IMG/VR virus record: IMGVR_UViG_3300045988_166554
Span: 1 to 32,069 of that record
From: a virus
Direction: 5' to 3' (one strand)
Length of the DNA: 32,069 nt
Each line of letters opens with the position of its first letter. The stretch's first letter is position 1. The notes beneath the pieces were generated by a model. The model had not been told where the DNA came from, ran no database searches, and saw only the letters and a list, made by a program, of their open reading frames with translations. Below are positions 16,786 to 25,961 of the stretch, piece after piece. The position numbers and the translations under genes are program-made.

Positions 16786-17094
16786 ATGAATAAAGAAGTA
16801 ATGGCAAAAGCATTGAATAAACTAATCACTGGAAATAGCTTTGAGGACAAATCAACGGATGATTATATTTATACCAGTTTAAGTCAACCACCAATAAAAA
16901 TATTAGATAAAAGAAATTCCGATGATGAATTGAATTATATAGTTGAATGTCCTAATTGTCATAGTGCTGTATGTTATGGAACAGATACATTTATGTATTC
17001 AGGACATATTTATTGTTCAAACAAAGGTTGTAGAGAACAAGTTGTTGAAAAATACGAAAATAGTAAAAAAGATTTAATTTATGAGGTAGAGTAA
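16786..17094 (+). CDS. zinc-ribbon protein
   Basis: CPNCHS..(17)..CSNKGC. Confidence 0.5.
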   Translation: MNKEVMAKALNKLITGNSFEDKSTDDYIYTSLSQPPIKILDKRNSDDELNYIVECPNCHSAVCYGTDTFMYSGHIYCSNKGCREQVVEKYENSKKDLIYEVE

Positions 17095-17315
17095 TGAAAA
17101 ATCCTATAAGAAAATTATTTATTCCTAAGCACACTCCATATTGTCATCATTTTTTTAAATACAATAAAAAGTATGGTGTTATTTGTGCTAAACATTGCAA
17201 AAATTGGTGTATAAAATATAACAAAGAATATGATTGTAAACTGGAATATTGTAAATATTTAAAAGACTTTCTTTCCATACAAGATCAAGTAAAGGATTGT
17301 GGGGTATCAGAATGA
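17094..17315 (+). CDS. small Cys/His-rich protein
   Basis: C-H-H..C..HC..WC..C..C pattern. RBS GAGGTAGAG. Confidence 0.5.
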   Translation: MKNPIRKLFIPKHTPYCHHFFKYNKKYGVICAKHCKNWCIKYNKEYDCKLEYCKYLKDFLSIQDQVKDCGVSE

Positions 17316-17566
17316 AATTAGAAGATTATGACAAGTATTATATAAATGGTTCAGACCATTATTTAATGCCTAAAGATGAATTCGTTGAATTATTTGATGA
17401 AATGGTAAATTGGAGAGAAGAAAGTAAACAATTAAAAGAAGTTATTGATAAAATAAAAGAGTGGATTAATACAGTACAACAAAATAAAGATAATAAGCAT
17501 TTAGACCCTTTTATATCTACTGATGAATTAGATGACTTATTAAATATATTAAATGAGGTGGAATAA
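17312..17566 (+). CDS. hypothetical protein
   Basis: The ATG at 17312 is preferred over the TTG start at 17297 in the ORF track. Confidence 0.4.
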   Translation: MKLEDYDKYYINGSDHYLMPKDEFVELFDEMVNWREESKQLKEVIDKIKEWINTVQQNKDNKHLDPFISTDELDDLLNILNEVE

Positions 17567-17752
17567 ATGAGCAAAGAAGATAAAAAAGCCTTATTAATAG
17601 GAATACCTTTGATTGTAGTATTGCTTATTTGTGCTACCATTACTTCACAAAAGGAAAATCAACAAAGATATGAAAATTGTATTAACAATGGTGGGAAAGC
17701 AATATTACAAGAAACAGGATATTTTGAAGGTTGTATTATTGGAGATGTTTAA
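17567..17752 (+). CDS. small membrane protein (1 TM)
   Basis: RBS GAGGTGG. Hydrophobic LLIGIPLIVVLLICATI. Confidence 0.5.
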   Translation: MSKEDKKALLIGIPLIVVLLICATITSQKENQQRYENCINNGGKAILQETGYFEGCIIGDV

Positions 17753-17771
17753 TATTATAAGAGGTGTCAGA

Positions 17772-17999
17772 ATGAATTATAAAAATGCTTATGAAGAGAT
17801 GAAAAAATTGTATGAATTATTACAAGAAGAAAATAAACAATTAAAAGATAAACTATCTAAAATAGAAACATTAATAATAAATCATAATTGTGATACTGGT
17901 GATATTTATTATAAGTATAATAGCAAATTTTTAAAAAGTGAATTAAAGCAAAGAATATTAGAGATAGTATATGAACAAGGAAGTGATAGTAATGAGTAG
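17772..17999 (+). CDS. small coiled-coil protein
   Basis: RBS AGAGGTG. The 17631 start in the ORF track is an upstream run-on. Confidence 0.4.
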   Translation: MNYKNAYEEMKKLYELLQEENKQLKDKLSKIETLIINHNCDTGDIYYKYNSKFLKSELKQRILEIVYEQGSDSNE

Positions 18000-18222
18000 A
18001 GTACATTTAGGAATGAAAAGACCTGTAAGGCAATTTGAAAAACATTCTGTAAATTTATTAAATCTTATTGATGAAATAGAAATGTACCCACCTGATGATG
18101 AATTGCAAAAAGAATTATATATTTCAAGATTAAAATTAACATTTAATGACACTTTAATACAATTAAATAACATAAAAAACACACAATTAGAGTTGTTAGA
18201 GAAAGTAGAGAGTGATGAGTAA
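17992..18222 (+). CDS. hypothetical protein
   Basis: The ATG at 17992 has an AGGAAGTGATAGTA RBS. Confidence 0.4.
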   Translation: MSRVHLGMKRPVRQFEKHSVNLLNLIDEIEMYPPDDELQKELYISRLKLTFNDTLIQLNNIKNTQLELLEKVESDE

Positions 18223-18708
18223 ATGACTAGAGAAGAAGCAATATTATATTTAGAACATACTAGTAGTGATGATTTTAATTTAGAAGAACACCAAATTCAA
18301 AATAGATTAAATGCAATACAATTTTTATTAGAAGAAAATCAAGAATTAAAGAAACAACTACACGAAGCAAGTTTAACTATACAAGAAATGACAGAACAAG
18401 ATATTGAATGCCCTAGCAATTGTGAAAAATTAAGAAGATTAAAGAAACAACTTGAAGAATGGAAATATCATTTAAAGTGTTCTAAAGAAATGTTAGATAT
18501 ACAAGGTCAAAAAGGTAATTATGATTATGATGAATATATGTTAGGTTTATATAATGGTATGGAATACATAATTTCATTATTTGAAACAAGAGAGCCTAAT
18601 TATATAAATGGTAATGATGTTAATTTTACAAATAGTAAATCTCAACAAAAAGAGTTTAAAATTGTTTCTCCATCTGGAGAGATTTTAAAAATTTGGAATA
18701 GGAGGTAA
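18223..18708 (+). CDS. hypothetical protein (coiled-coil N-terminus)
   Basis: 161-aa ORF in the operon. Confidence 0.5.
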   Translation: MTREEAILYLEHTSSDDFNLEEHQIQNRLNAIQFLLEENQELKKQLHEASLTIQEMTEQDIECPSNCEKLRRLKKQLEEWKYHLKCSKEMLDIQGQKGNYDYDEYMLGLYNGMEYIISLFETREPNYINGNDVNFTNSKSQQKEFKIVSPSGEILKIWNRR

Positions 18709-18711
18709 ATA

Positions 18712-18954
18712 ATGAAATATTTAATAGAAGAAAAAGTTGGGTTTCCTTTTATAATACATTTTCACAAAAAATATTATGAGATAGGAGATATAGAAGTATA
18801 TAGAACAGGTAAAGTTTATTTTAAAGATTTTCCTATTAAAAGTGGAATGAGTGTAAATGAGATTTTAAAAGCACTTAAAATAGTAAAGAAAGAATTAAGA
18901 AAACAAAAAATTAGAACTTGGTTTAAAAGTTGTTTAGGAGGTGATAAAGAATGA
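18712..18954 (+). CDS. hypothetical protein
   Basis: RBS GGAGGTAAATA. Confidence 0.5.
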   Translation: MKYLIEEKVGFPFIIHFHKKYYEIGDIEVYRTGKVYFKDFPIKSGMSVNEILKALKIVKKELRKQKIRTWFKSCLGGDKE

Positions 18955-19343
18955 AATTAGAAGTTGGAATGTATGTAAGGCTACAAAATGATGCTGAAAA
19001 TATAGTTATTATAAATAGAATTGCAAATGTATTTAAAACCACCATATTAACTGAAAATGATGGCAGTATCTATCAAGGAGAATATACAAAAGAAAATGTA
19101 GTTAAAGCCAGTTATAACATAATTGATATTTTGGAAGTTGGAGATGTAATAAAATTATTTATGGAAGATGATATAGATGAAGAAGATACTAATATATTTG
19201 AACTTATTGCTATTAATTACAATGATAATGAAATTGGTGTATTTAATTCTGATTTTCAAATAGAATTTTTCCCAATAGAAAATTTAAGAGAGATATTAAC
19301 ACACGAGCAAATGGAACAAAAGGCGTATAAGGTGGGTGAGTAA
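18951..19343 (+). CDS. hypothetical protein
   Basis: RBS TAGGAGGTGA. Confidence 0.5.
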   Translation: MKLEVGMYVRLQNDAENIVIINRIANVFKTTILTENDGSIYQGEYTKENVVKASYNIIDILEVGDVIKLFMEDDIDEEDTNIFELIAINYNDNEIGVFNSDFQIEFFPIENLREILTHEQMEQKAYKVGE

Positions 19344-19345
19344 GC

Positions 19346-19762
19346 ATGAATTTAAAAGAAGCAAGTAATGAAATAGAAAAAATAGATAATGAAATAGAAT
19401 ATTGGTTAAACGAAAAAGAAATAGTAATAGGAAAAATATTACCTGGTGCGTTGGATGTTTCAAAAGAAGTCGTAGCAGGTGGGACAAGAACTGACAAATT
19501 TTTAAATTACATTATGAAAAATGAAAAAATAGATTACGAGCTTGATAAATTATATGCAAGAAAAAACAATTTAGAATCCTATGTAGAAAATGAATTACAT
19601 AGATTAGGAAAATACAAGGAAGTAGAAAAATTAATTATATATTATAAAGAGCAATGCTTAGAAAATTATACTTGGGAAGAAATAGGCAAAAAAGTATATA
19701 TGAGTAAAGACAATTGTAGAAAAATATATAGAAAATGGAAAAAACAAAGAAACATAGATTAA
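19346..19762 (+). CDS. putative late-gene transcriptional activator (ArpU/RinA-like, sigma-70 region-4-type HTH)
   Basis: C-terminus ..EKLIIYYKEQCLENYTWEEIGKKVYMSKDNCRKIYRKWKK is a region-4-like HTH. Last gene before the packaging module. Confidence 0.45.
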   Translation: MNLKEASNEIEKIDNEIEYWLNEKEIVIGKILPGALDVSKEVVAGGTRTDKFLNYIMKNEKIDYELDKLYARKNNLESYVENELHRLGKYKEVEKLIIYYKEQCLENYTWEEIGKKVYMSKDNCRKIYRKWKKQRNID

Positions 19763-20541
19763 ATTGCCCACCTATGCCCACCTTTTTTATGTTAATATAG
19801 TATTGTAAGAAAATGACTCATAAATTATGAGTTATTTGTTATTAGTAGCATACTGGTAGTTAAAAACTTTGTAAAGGAAAGGTTATAGCTAGACATGTTC
19901 CTTGGGCCTGAAATAGGGCGTAGAGGTAGCGCCTCCCGAAAATCCAAACTACCGGTATGGTGCTAATAAAGGCACTAGAGCATTAAGATTTAAGTAATAA
20001 TTTACGTGTTACCTTTGTAGGTGGCATAGAATATATATATATTAAATTCGGTTAGGTGGAATAACAGGAACTGGGAATTATCATAGGAAAAAAGTAAAAT
20101 ACCTAATTACTATGATTTAAGTACAAAAGACTGGTTTATATATATTCTATGGTGTCTATAAGGCACTGGAACTGATTTATTAAATTAGTTCTTCAAATAT
20201 TTTAAATTGTTTGTTTATTCCCTATTGGTACGGGAATTCACTATCTCTAGTGGGTAGTGTCTAGTGATATATAAAAGTCTAGGGGCAAAAGGTAATAAAG
20301 TAAGTTAGTAGTGTGGTTTCTATGCTTACAATTCTCTTGGAGGACACCACAAAGTGTTATAGGCATATAACATAAACCTTTATATCATTAGACAGTATCT
20401 ATTAAAGATACAATTGTAATCATAGTAAGAATTTTCTTACAGGCAATCTAAATGATTGCTTTTATTTTGGGTGTATAAAGGGAATAGGAACTATCAATAA
20501 TTACTATTGGTGGGTTGGCAAGATAGTTAAAAGAGGTAAAT
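19763..20541. other. ~780-bp non-coding, GC-richer, repeat-containing region upstream of the HNH/terS genes: candidate cos/pac site plus late promoter
   Basis: No ORF on either strand. Contains the tandem TGCCCACC-TA-TGCCCACC, the box GGTGCTAATAAAGGCACT (19959-19976) and its variant GGTGTCTATAAGGCACT (~20150-20166), recurring GGGAAT..ACTATC and GGAACT motifs, and three TCTAG(TG) copies. Confidence 0.5.
19816..19832. promoter_or_regulatory. perfect 17-bp palindrome ACTCATAA-A-TTATGAGT
   Basis: An 8-bp inverted repeat separated by 1 nt, 55 bp after the stop of the ArpU-like gene. Confidence 0.45.
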
Positions 20542-20925
20542 ATGAAAAGTATAACAAGGCAGATGATAAAGATTTATAATTTAAAAGAGCATGACTTTAT
20601 GGGTTATAAATTAATTAAAGATAATGCAACATACCATCATTTAATAAAAAAAGAAAATGGTGGCAAAGAAACAATAGATAATGGTGCAATATTAATGCCT
20701 GTTAGCCATCAATATTTACATATAATAGAATTCAAAGAATTTAATATATATGATGCTGTTAACAAAATAATGACTATATGTAACAAAAAAGGATGTATAG
20801 AAAAAGAAGATTTGGTAATTATTAGCGAGTTATTAAAAATGTTTGAAAAAAAACACATTAAAGACAAAACTAGTAAGGGAAAATCATTAATAAGGTATCA
20901 GCATTTAGATAGAATATACAGATAA
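20542..20925 (+). CDS. HNH endonuclease (terminase-associated)
   Basis: HNH motif YHHLIKKENGGKETIDNGAILMPVSHQYLH. Lies immediately upstream of terS. Confidence 0.7.
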   Translation: MKSITRQMIKIYNLKEHDFMGYKLIKDNATYHHLIKKENGGKETIDNGAILMPVSHQYLHIIEFKEFNIYDAVNKIMTICNKKGCIEKEDLVIISELLKMFEKKHIKDKTSKGKSLIRYQHLDRIYR

Positions 20926-20938
20926 GTGGAGGTGTAAT

Positions 20939-21343
20939 ATGTTAACCATAAAACAAGAAAAATTTGTACAAAATATTGTTAAAGGTATGAGTCAAAGAGA
21001 AGCTTATAAAAGTTCTTATAATGCTAAAAACATGAAAGATGATACTATAGATAACAAGGCATGTAATTTGTTTAAACAGGACAAGATAAGGGCAAGATAT
21101 GAAGAACTATTAAAGAGGATTGAAGATAAAGCAATCATGACAGCAGAAGAGAGACAAATATGGTTATCTAAAGTTGTTAAAGGAGATATAAAAATAACTA
21201 GAGAGTATGATGATGAAATAAAAGAATATGAGCCATATATGAGTGATAGATTAAAAGCAATGGATATTCTTAATAAAATGACAGGCCAGTATGTAGAAAA
21301 GGTTATGAATATACAACCACCAAATATTGAAGATGATGTTTAA
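20939..21343 (+). CDS. terS: terminase small subunit
   Basis: N-terminus MLTIKQEKFVQNIVKGMSQREAYKSSY matches the Terminase_2 (P27-family) signature LT.KQ..F. RBS GGAGGTG. Confidence 0.8.
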   Translation: MLTIKQEKFVQNIVKGMSQREAYKSSYNAKNMKDDTIDNKACNLFKQDKIRARYEELLKRIEDKAIMTAEERQIWLSKVVKGDIKITREYDDEIKEYEPYMSDRLKAMDILNKMTGQYVEKVMNIQPPNIEDDV

Positions 21344-22608
21344 TGAATATTAAAATTAGTGAAATAATAGCACCTAATTTTTATGAATTACATAGAGATT
21401 TAAAAAGTGAAAAAAATACTCATTATTGGTTGAAAGGTGGCCGTATCTCCACTAAGTCTTCGTTTATAAGTATTGAAATAATACTTGGGATAATGAAAGA
21501 TAAAAATGCTAATGCAGTAGCAATGAGAAAAGTTGGAGATACACTTGCTGATTCTGTTTATGCTCAATTAATATGGGCTATCGATAAATTGGGTGTTGGT
21601 TATTGCTGGGAAATGAAAGTGAGTCCTTTAAAATTAGTTTATAAGTTAACGGGACAAGAAATATTATTTCGTAGTGCTAATAATAAAGAGGACTATAAAA
21701 AAATAAAATCAATAAAAATAAAAAAAGGTTATTGTAAATATATATGGTATGAAGAGGTTGATGAATTCTTTGGTATGGAAGAAATAAGAAGCATTAATCA
21801 GTCGTTAATGCGAGGTGGGAATGTATTTAAAGTGTTTTATTCGTTTAATCCCCCCAAAAGTGTTAATAATTGGGTAAATGCAGAAATAATCATTCCTAAG
21901 CCAAAGACAATAGTACATCATAGCACATACTTAACAGTACCAAGAGAATGGTTAGGAGAGCCTGCTTTATTAGAAGCAGAACACTTGAAAAAAACAAATG
22001 AACTAGCATACAGAAATGAGTATTTAGGAGAGGCAACAGGTACAGGTGGAGCAGTATTTACAAATATAATTTTAGAAAAAATTACAAATGATGATATTGA
22101 GCATTTTGATAATATATTAGATGGTAACGATTTTGGTTATGCGGTAGACCCAAATTGTTATTTACAAATTCATTATGATAAGACACGCAGATGTCTTTTT
22201 ATTTTTAATGAAATATATAAAGTCGGTTTAAGTAATAGACAATTGTATGAAGAAATAAAAAAAGTAAAAATAGGAAACAGCTATATTACTTGTGATAGCG
22301 CCGAGCCAAAATCAATTGATGAATTAAAAAGTCTTGGTTTAAGAGTAAGAGGGGCGAAAAAAGGACCAGATAGTATTGAATATGGGATAAAATTTTTACA
22401 AAAACTAGAATTTATAAAAATAGATCCTGATAGATGTCCTAATACAGCCAAAGAATTTAAAATGTACGAATATGAAAAAGATAAAATGGGAAATTTTAAA
22501 AGCAAATATCCCGATAGCAATAACCATAGTATTGATGCAGCAAGATATGCGGTTGAAGATTATACAATTTCAAATACATGGCAAGTATCAAATAGAAAAT
22601 TAATGTAA
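21343..22608 (+). CDS. terL: terminase large subunit (PBSX/Terminase_3-like)
   Basis: 421 aa. N-terminal ATPase has a deviant P-loop LKGGRISTKS. The C-terminal RNaseH-like nuclease region has conserved acidic residues (..YLGEATG.., ..CDSAEPKSI.., ..HSIDAARYA..). Confidence 0.8.
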   Translation: MNIKISEIIAPNFYELHRDLKSEKNTHYWLKGGRISTKSSFISIEIILGIMKDKNANAVAMRKVGDTLADSVYAQLIWAIDKLGVGYCWEMKVSPLKLVYKLTGQEILFRSANNKEDYKKIKSIKIKKGYCKYIWYEEVDEFFGMEEIRSINQSLMRGGNVFKVFYSFNPPKSVNNWVNAEIIIPKPKTIVHHSTYLTVPREWLGEPALLEAEHLKKTNELAYRNEYLGEATGTGGAVFTNIILEKITNDDIEHFDNILDGNDFGYAVDPNCYLQIHYDKTRRCLFIFNEIYKVGLSNRQLYEEIKKVKIGNSYITCDSAEPKSIDELKSLGLRVRGAKKGPDSIEYGIKFLQKLEFIKIDPDRCPNTAKEFKMYEYEKDKMGNFKSKYPDSNNHSIDAARYAVEDYTISNTWQVSNRKLM

Positions 22609-22621
22609 AAGGAGTGATAAC

Positions 22622-24139
22622 ATGTTACAAATAGCAAATTTAGAAGAATTACATGCAAATGATATACCAAAATTATTAGAAAAAGTAAGGCCTGTATTAA
22701 AAAAAAGAAAGGAATTACATGATAAATATACTAGAAAAGCAGATGCATCAACAGTTATGTTTTCTGACACAAATTCAAATACAGTTATTCCGTTCGAAAA
22801 ATTCATAACTGATTTGGCAACTGGATATTTGAGTGGAACGCCAATTTATAGTGTTACTGATACAACGGATGAAGATAAGAAAAGATTATTAGAATTATTA
22901 TTGGATAAAAAACAACCGGATGCTGATTATAAAAAAGGTATGGAAATAATTATTAATTATGTTACTGGGTATAATGATGATTCAACAGAAAATTATGATT
23001 TATTTCATGATATTTTAGAAATGACAAGTTGTTATGAAATATTATATGAAAACGAAAATAATGAAATAGTGTATTCAAGATATGATCCGTTACAAACAGT
23101 AGCATGTTGGGATTATAATACACCTGTTAATTTGATAGGCTTAATAAGGACCTGGGATGAAGAAAATTTAAATGGTACTATAATAACTAAATTTGAATTG
23201 ACAGATAAATATGGTACTAGAACATATGATATTAGAGGTAATGAAGTTATAGAAAGTGATAATCAAAATCACAATTGGGGAGATGTACCTGCTATAGCTG
23301 TTGAAACAGACTTTGCCATATTTGAGACATGTGAAGATATTGTTCAATCATATGAACAATTAATTCAAAATGTACGAAATACTTATCAATATAATGATAG
23401 CGATTGTAAATTAAAAATAACAGGGTATACTCCTGAACATCCAATGGTAGTGCCAGATGAAAATGGTGAACCTAAAATTAATCCAGCAAGAATAAAAGAG
23501 GATGAGGCATGGGTCAAGAGTTTGACTATTTATGTCGCAGAAGGTGGGGATGTTTCTTGGTTAGTAAAACAATTGGATGCTAACGGAGTAACAACAATAC
23601 TAAAGGCATATATAGATTTAATGTTTCAAATTGCAGGAATACCGAATACAAGTGATTTAGCATTTAATTCAACCGATTTAAATGCAAGCGCAATTGATAG
23701 AAAATTTTATGTTATGAATATGGCGACAGCTTGCGTTGTTTCTCAATTGAAAAAAGCATATTTGAGAAGATGGGAATTAATTTTTGGAAGAATAAATTTA
23801 AAAAAAGACACTAATTTTGATTTTAGAGACATAGAAATAGATTTACCTAAGAACTTACCTGCGAATGATGATGAAAAAATTGATAGTATGTTGAAACTTC
23901 AAAATGTTTTATCACTACAAACAATTATTGAAAAATTAGGATATAATTACCTCGATGAAAAGAATAAAAAGGATGCTGAAGCAGAAGATAATATGCTAAA
24001 TAACCTTGAACGTATGAAAATGCTAAGCGGTATTGATGATACAACAATAAAAGAGCAGGAAGGAACAGATAAAATCAAAGTTGATAAATCAAATGATGAA
24101 TTAAAAGAAGAATCAGATGAAGAAAAAATAAAAAAGTAG
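22622..24139 (+). CDS. portal protein (SPP1 gp6-like)
   Basis: 505 aa. Lies directly after terL. Acidic C-terminus. Confidence 0.7.
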   Translation: MLQIANLEELHANDIPKLLEKVRPVLKKRKELHDKYTRKADASTVMFSDTNSNTVIPFEKFITDLATGYLSGTPIYSVTDTTDEDKKRLLELLLDKKQPDADYKKGMEIIINYVTGYNDDSTENYDLFHDILEMTSCYEILYENENNEIVYSRYDPLQTVACWDYNTPVNLIGLIRTWDEENLNGTIITKFELTDKYGTRTYDIRGNEVIESDNQNHNWGDVPAIAVETDFAIFETCEDIVQSYEQLIQNVRNTYQYNDSDCKLKITGYTPEHPMVVPDENGEPKINPARIKEDEAWVKSLTIYVAEGGDVSWLVKQLDANGVTTILKAYIDLMFQIAGIPNTSDLAFNSTDLNASAIDRKFYVMNMATACVVSQLKKAYLRRWELIFGRINLKKDTNFDFRDIEIDLPKNLPANDDEKIDSMLKLQNVLSLQTIIEKLGYNYLDEKNKKDAEAEDNMLNNLERMKMLSGIDDTTIKEQEGTDKIKVDKSNDELKEESDEEKIKK

Positions 24140-25609
24140 GTGTTTCAAATGAATAATGCAGAAATACTGAGAGAAAGATGGAAAAACACAGATAAATATT
24201 TATTAAAATATCTTAAAAAATATAAAATTATAAATAGAAATACTAGAGATAATATACAAAATGTGTTTAATGAATTAAACATAGATTATAAGGATATAAA
24301 TAAAAATATTTCTAAACAACAAAAAAACAAATTAGACAGATTTATATTAAATCTAAAAAAAAATAAATTGCTTAAAGATTATTTTGGATACAAAGCAAGA
24401 TTAATATTTTCAAAAAAAAGTGTTACGTATTTAGAAATGATGGAAATAATGATAATGGCATGTTATATACAACAAAATGAAGATTTGAAAGAATATAATA
24501 ATCTATTGTTTTATGAAGTATGTAAAGAAAGTTACGAACAAGGAATAAAAGATATAGGAAAGATAAAAAAAATCAAACCTATATCTTTTAAATTGCCAAT
24601 ACTATATACAATACTTAATATTCCAATTTTTAATGCAACGGCTGAAAGTTATTTATATTCTTTGGCTTTAACAAATGCTGAAGAAACATTTAAACAAGTA
24701 TTAATAAATATGCAACTAAATAGAGAATTAAATGTTGATAATAAGTATTTTGAAAATTTGTTTAATAAACAAGATAATAGATTTATAAATATAAACAAAG
24801 ATAAAGCTAGTGGTGGTGTTGCCAATATAGTTGAAAATATAACCAATTTGGCATATTTACAATCCGGAATAGATACTAATACGACAGAATGTAGGTTTAT
24901 TGCTGAAATGGACAAAAGAACAACTAAAATGTGTGAAAGTTTAAATAATCAAGTGTTTAAAATAAATGAAATGAATACATATCAAAGGTATAGTGATGCG
25001 GATAAAAAAATTATAACATACCATACGCAAGGATTAGTAAGAGGCGAAAATTTACCTCCTATCAGTAATCATTTTCATTGGTGTAGAAGTACAATAACAT
25101 ACTTAACAGACATGCAAAGAAATGAACTTGATGAAAAGTTACAAACATTTAATGAAAAATTAGCCATTAGTAAATGGTTAAGTAGCGACTTCTATTACAT
25201 TAACCAAAAAATGTATATAGATCAAAAACTTACAAAGGATGAAAAAAGATTAGTGAAAGATTTATATAGAGGTTTAAACAAAGAACCATATTATATTGCT
25301 AAAAATGATGAATACATAATAAGAACTCTTGAAGTTGATGATAATACTATACAGGATATTATAAATACTCACCCACTTAATAAAATATATAAATCTAAGG
25401 CCTTTGAATCATATTCTTTAAAAAATAATTATAATCCTAAAGGAAATGTGTTTTTTTATGTTAAGGGTAGCCAAAAAGCGAGAAACATGTTAAAATATAA
25501 TCCAATGGAAAGAGAAGCTGAAGTTTTATATCAATATGGAACTAAGTTTATAACCAAAGATTATTATATTAACAATGGAAAACACTATTTCTTATTGGAG
25601 GAATTGTAA
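24140..25609 (+). CDS. minor head protein: MuF/SPP1 gp7-like domain fused to a C-terminal ADP-ribosyltransferase-like (R-S-E type) domain
   Basis: Phage_Mu_F block ..DKRTTKMCESLNNQVFKINEMN..PPISNHFHWCRST... The C-terminal ~130 aa carry R377 (LYRG), S424-Y-S426 and E457-R-E-A-E461, with the spacing of C2/C3-type ADP-ribosyltransferases. The ORF-track start is GTG at 24140; an ATG lies at 24149. Confidence 0.7.
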   Translation: MFQMNNAEILRERWKNTDKYLLKYLKKYKIINRNTRDNIQNVFNELNIDYKDINKNISKQQKNKLDRFILNLKKNKLLKDYFGYKARLIFSKKSVTYLEMMEIMIMACYIQQNEDLKEYNNLLFYEVCKESYEQGIKDIGKIKKIKPISFKLPILYTILNIPIFNATAESYLYSLALTNAEETFKQVLINMQLNRELNVDNKYFENLFNKQDNRFININKDKASGGVANIVENITNLAYLQSGIDTNTTECRFIAEMDKRTTKMCESLNNQVFKINEMNTYQRYSDADKKIITYHTQGLVRGENLPPISNHFHWCRSTITYLTDMQRNELDEKLQTFNEKLAISKWLSSDFYYINQKMYIDQKLTKDEKRLVKDLYRGLNKEPYYIAKNDEYIIRTLEVDDNTIQDIINTHPLNKIYKSKAFESYSLKNNYNPKGNVFFYVKGSQKARNMLKYNPMEREAEVLYQYGTKFITKDYYINNGKHYFLLEEL

Positions 25610-25785
25610 TGGATAAAGAAAAATTGTTTAAAGATCCTCGTTGGACGACATATCAACCAGTACAAGTATTAAATATTGATGTACAGCCGACTGAAGATGA
25701 CAAGAAAAAGGTTGAAGAATTTAGAAGATTTATTGATGAAACAATAGAAAATGAAAAAATGAAAGACACTAAATTAAAAAAATAG
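25609..25785 (+). CDS. small ORF (58 aa), translationally coupled (TAATG) to the MuF/ADP-ribosyltransferase-like gene
   Basis: RBS GGAGGAATTGTA. MDKEKLFKDPRWTTYQPVQVLNIDVQPTEDDKKKVEEFRRFIDETIENEKMKDTKLKK. Below the ORF-track size cutoff. Its stop lies inside the terminator stem. Confidence 0.45.
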   Translation: MDKEKLFKDPRWTTYQPVQVLNIDVQPTEDDKKKVEEFRRFIDETIENEKMKDTKLKK

Positions 25786-25795
25786 TGTCTTTTTT
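25765..25795 (+). terminator. rho-independent terminator
   Basis: GACACTA-aattaaaaaaa-TAGTGTC followed by TTTTTT. Confidence 0.55.
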
Positions 25796-25961
25796 GCTAC
25801 TATTTTATAGGTAGCTTAGAGTAGTTATGGAGTAGTCCTCAAGTAACTATTCTAAGGTGCTAATAAAGCACAAAGTCGATTGAATAAAATCGGCTTTTTT
25901 GGCGTGATTCACCGGAACGAATTATTTGGTTTTATCGACCGAGAAAGATAGGAGGAAGATT

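Noticed and set aside
17631-17999. Long version of the ORF overlapping the 17567..17752 membrane-protein gene.
   Set aside because: The upstream 47 codons lack an RBS and overlap a better-supported gene. The ATG at 17772 with RBS AGAGGTG is the likely start.
19763-20541. tRNA, tmRNA, CRISPR repeat or group I/II intron in the large non-coding region.
   Set aside because: No cloverleaf-compatible segment (no GTTC-type T-arm plus acceptor pairing). No regularly spaced direct repeats with unique spacers. No intron-encoded ORF or recognisable catalytic core. Kept only as a cos/regulatory candidate.
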